DNA from: an uncultured Alphaproteobacteria bacterium
Lineage (GTDB): Bacteria; Pseudomonadota; Alphaproteobacteria; UBA7879; VGCX01
Direction: 5' to 3'
DNA: 50,679 bases
Assembly (NCBI GenBank): GCA_913061155.1
Contig: CAJXSI010000005.1
Coordinates: 1-50,679 of the forward strand
Shown: positions 49,260 to 50,679 of the stretch, in pieces
How the letters are laid out: each line of letters starts with the position of its first letter
Numbering within the stretch: position 1 is the first letter of the stretch
Made by a program: the position numbers and the translations under genes
The notes under the pieces: model-generated
What the model saw: the letters and a program-made list of their open reading frames with translations, nothing else
The model's database searches: none
What the model was told of the DNA's origin: nothing

Positions 49260-50516
49260 ATGAATTTACGCGACCTGAAAAATATGCCCCCTAAGGCTTT
49301 ACTTGAAAAGGCAGAGGAACTTAAAATTGAAAACGCAAGTAATCTGCGTAAGCAAGATCAAATATTTGCGATTCTTAAAAGATTGGTTGATAACTCTGTT
49401 GAAATCTTTGGTGAGGGCGTTGTTGAGGTTTTACAAGATGGATTTGCTTTTTTAAGATCCCCCCAATCCAATTACCTTCCAGGTCCGGATGATATTTATG
49501 TATCCCCCAGTCAAGTAAGAAAATTTTCTTTAAGAACGGGAGATGTTGTAGAAGGGCAAATCCGTGCTCCGCGTGATGGAGAGCGTTATTTTGCTTTGCT
49601 TAAAGTGAATAAAATTAATTTTGATGCCCCTGAAAAGGTTAAACATAGAATTAATTTTGATAACTTGACTCCGTTGTTCCCAACTGAACAGTTAAAATTA
49701 GAATGTCCGAATGGCCGGGCAAAGGATAACACATTGCGTGTGATTGATCTTGTGGCACCCCTGGGGAAGGGGCAGCGTGGTCTGGTTGTGGCGCCCCCAA
49801 GAACGGGTAAAACAGTCATGTTACAAAGCTTGGCAGATGCCATAATTCGCAATAACCCAGAGGTTTATATCATCGTGTTGTTGATTGATGAACGCCCGGA
49901 AGAGGTTACAGAGATGTCCCGTTCTGTTAAGGGGGAGGTTATCAGTTCAACATTTGATGAGCCTGCAAATAGGCATATTCAGGTTGCTGAAATGGTTATT
50001 GAAAAGGCAAAACGTTTGACGGAACAAAAGCGCGATGTTGTTATTCTGTTGGATTCAATTACACGTTTGGCGCGGGCCTATAACACTGTTATTCCTTCTT
50101 CCGGTAAGGTGTTAACGGGGGGGGTTGATGCTCATGCTTTGCAACGTCCAAAAAGATTCTTTGGGGCCGCAAGAAATGTGGAAGAGGGCGGGTCTTTGAC
50201 AATTTTGGCAACAGCTTTGGTTGATACGGGGTCTCGTATGGATGAGGTTATTTTCGAAGAATTCAAGGGAACGGGGAACTCTGAAATTATTCTAGATCGC
50301 CGTTTGGCTGACAAGCGTGTTTTCCCAGCAATTGATATTACGCGCTCTGGTACACGTAAGGAAGAGGTTTTGGTTGGTAAGGATATTCTTCAGAAAATGT
50401 GGATTTTGCGCCGTATTTTAAACCCAATGGGTCTTGTTGAGGCTATGGAGTTCTTGAACTCTAAGATGCTGGAAACAAAAACGAACGAAGACTTCTTTCG
50501 GATGATGAATTCATAA
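49260..50516 (+). CDS. rho: Transcription termination factor Rho
   Basis: [49 protein letters not shown]. Confidence 0.98.
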   Translation: MNLRDLKNMPPKALLEKAEELKIENASNLRKQDQIFAILKRLVDNSVEIFGEGVVEVLQDGFAFLRSPQSNYLPGPDDIYVSPSQVRKFSLRTGDVVEGQIRAPRDGERYFALLKVNKINFDAPEKVKHRINFDNLTPLFPTEQLKLECPNGRAKDNTLRVIDLVAPLGKGQRGLVVAPPRTGKTVMLQSLADAIIRNNPEVYIIVLLIDERPEEVTEMSRSVKGEVISSTFDEPANRHIQVAEMVIEKAKRLTEQKRDVVILLDSITRLARAYNTVIPSSGKVLTGGVDAHALQRPKRFFGAARNVEEGGSLTILATALVDTGSRMDEVIFEEFKGTGNSEIILDRRLADKRVFPAIDITRSGTRKEEVLVGKDILQKMWILRRILNPMGLVEAMEFLNSKMLETKTNEDFFRMMNS

Positions 50517-50525
50517 TTTAGTAAT

Positions 50526-50630
50526 ATGAGAAAATTTATTAAAAAAACTTTTTTATTTTCTTCTGTTTTAATAATTATTTTTTCTATTTGGGTTTTGTTA
50601 AAGTTTGTACAGCTTCAGACAGTCTCAGAT
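50526..50630 (+). CDS. 5' fragment of a membrane/exported protein cut by the contig end
   Basis: MRKFIKKTFLFSSVLIIIFSIWVLLKFVQLQTVSD, open up to the adapter. Confidence 0.45.
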
Positions 50631-50679
50631 CTGTCTCTTATACACATCTGACGCTGCCGACGAGCGATCTAGTGTAGAT
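50631..50679 (-). other. Tn5 mosaic end plus Nextera i5 adapter (library artefact)
   Basis: CTGTCTCTTATACACATCT-GACGCTGCCGACGA-[GCGATCTA]-GTGTAGAT; the index is the reverse complement of TAGATCGC (N501-type). Confidence 0.98.

Noticed and set aside
50-50630. CRISPR array, rRNA, tRNA, prophage or IS element
   Set aside because: No regularly spaced repeats, integrase, transposase or phage genes seen by eye; the only tRNA-like fold found is the tmRNA.
31-50649. Tn5-like composite transposon bounded by inverted 19-bp mosaic ends
   Set aside because: The ends are contiguous with Illumina index and flow-cell sequences, there is no transposase, and the content is core chromosome.

Overview
AT-rich alphaproteobacterial chromosome fragment. 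Gene content suggests a Holosporales/Rickettsiales-like, possibly host-associated lineage, but this is inference. Untrimmed Nextera adapters cap both ends. In order, the window holds: the 3' end of rdgB; a DUF2975/HTH pair; a type II secretion/MSHA-type pilus cluster in two convergent operons; a Zn/Mn ABC importer plus TerC; an isc Fe-S operon with an IscR box; hflKC-degP; mrp; marR-emrAB; sulP-usp; an arginase/ornithine aminotransferase pair that appears fused by a deletion; a signal-peptide-bearing DOT1-like methyltransferase; thyX; mscS; a permuted two-piece tmRNA followed by sspB; a lipid A operon; a candidate oriC; and hemE-hemH-hemJ-rho. The most unusual items are the tmRNA (a 31-residue Arg/Asn-rich tag with no acidic residue, and a 174-nt structured intervening segment), the exported DOT1-like protein and several other exported orphans near a divergent secretion/pilus system, and an unexplained branched palindromic element upstream of thyX. 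All calls come from reading motifs by eye; no searches were run.
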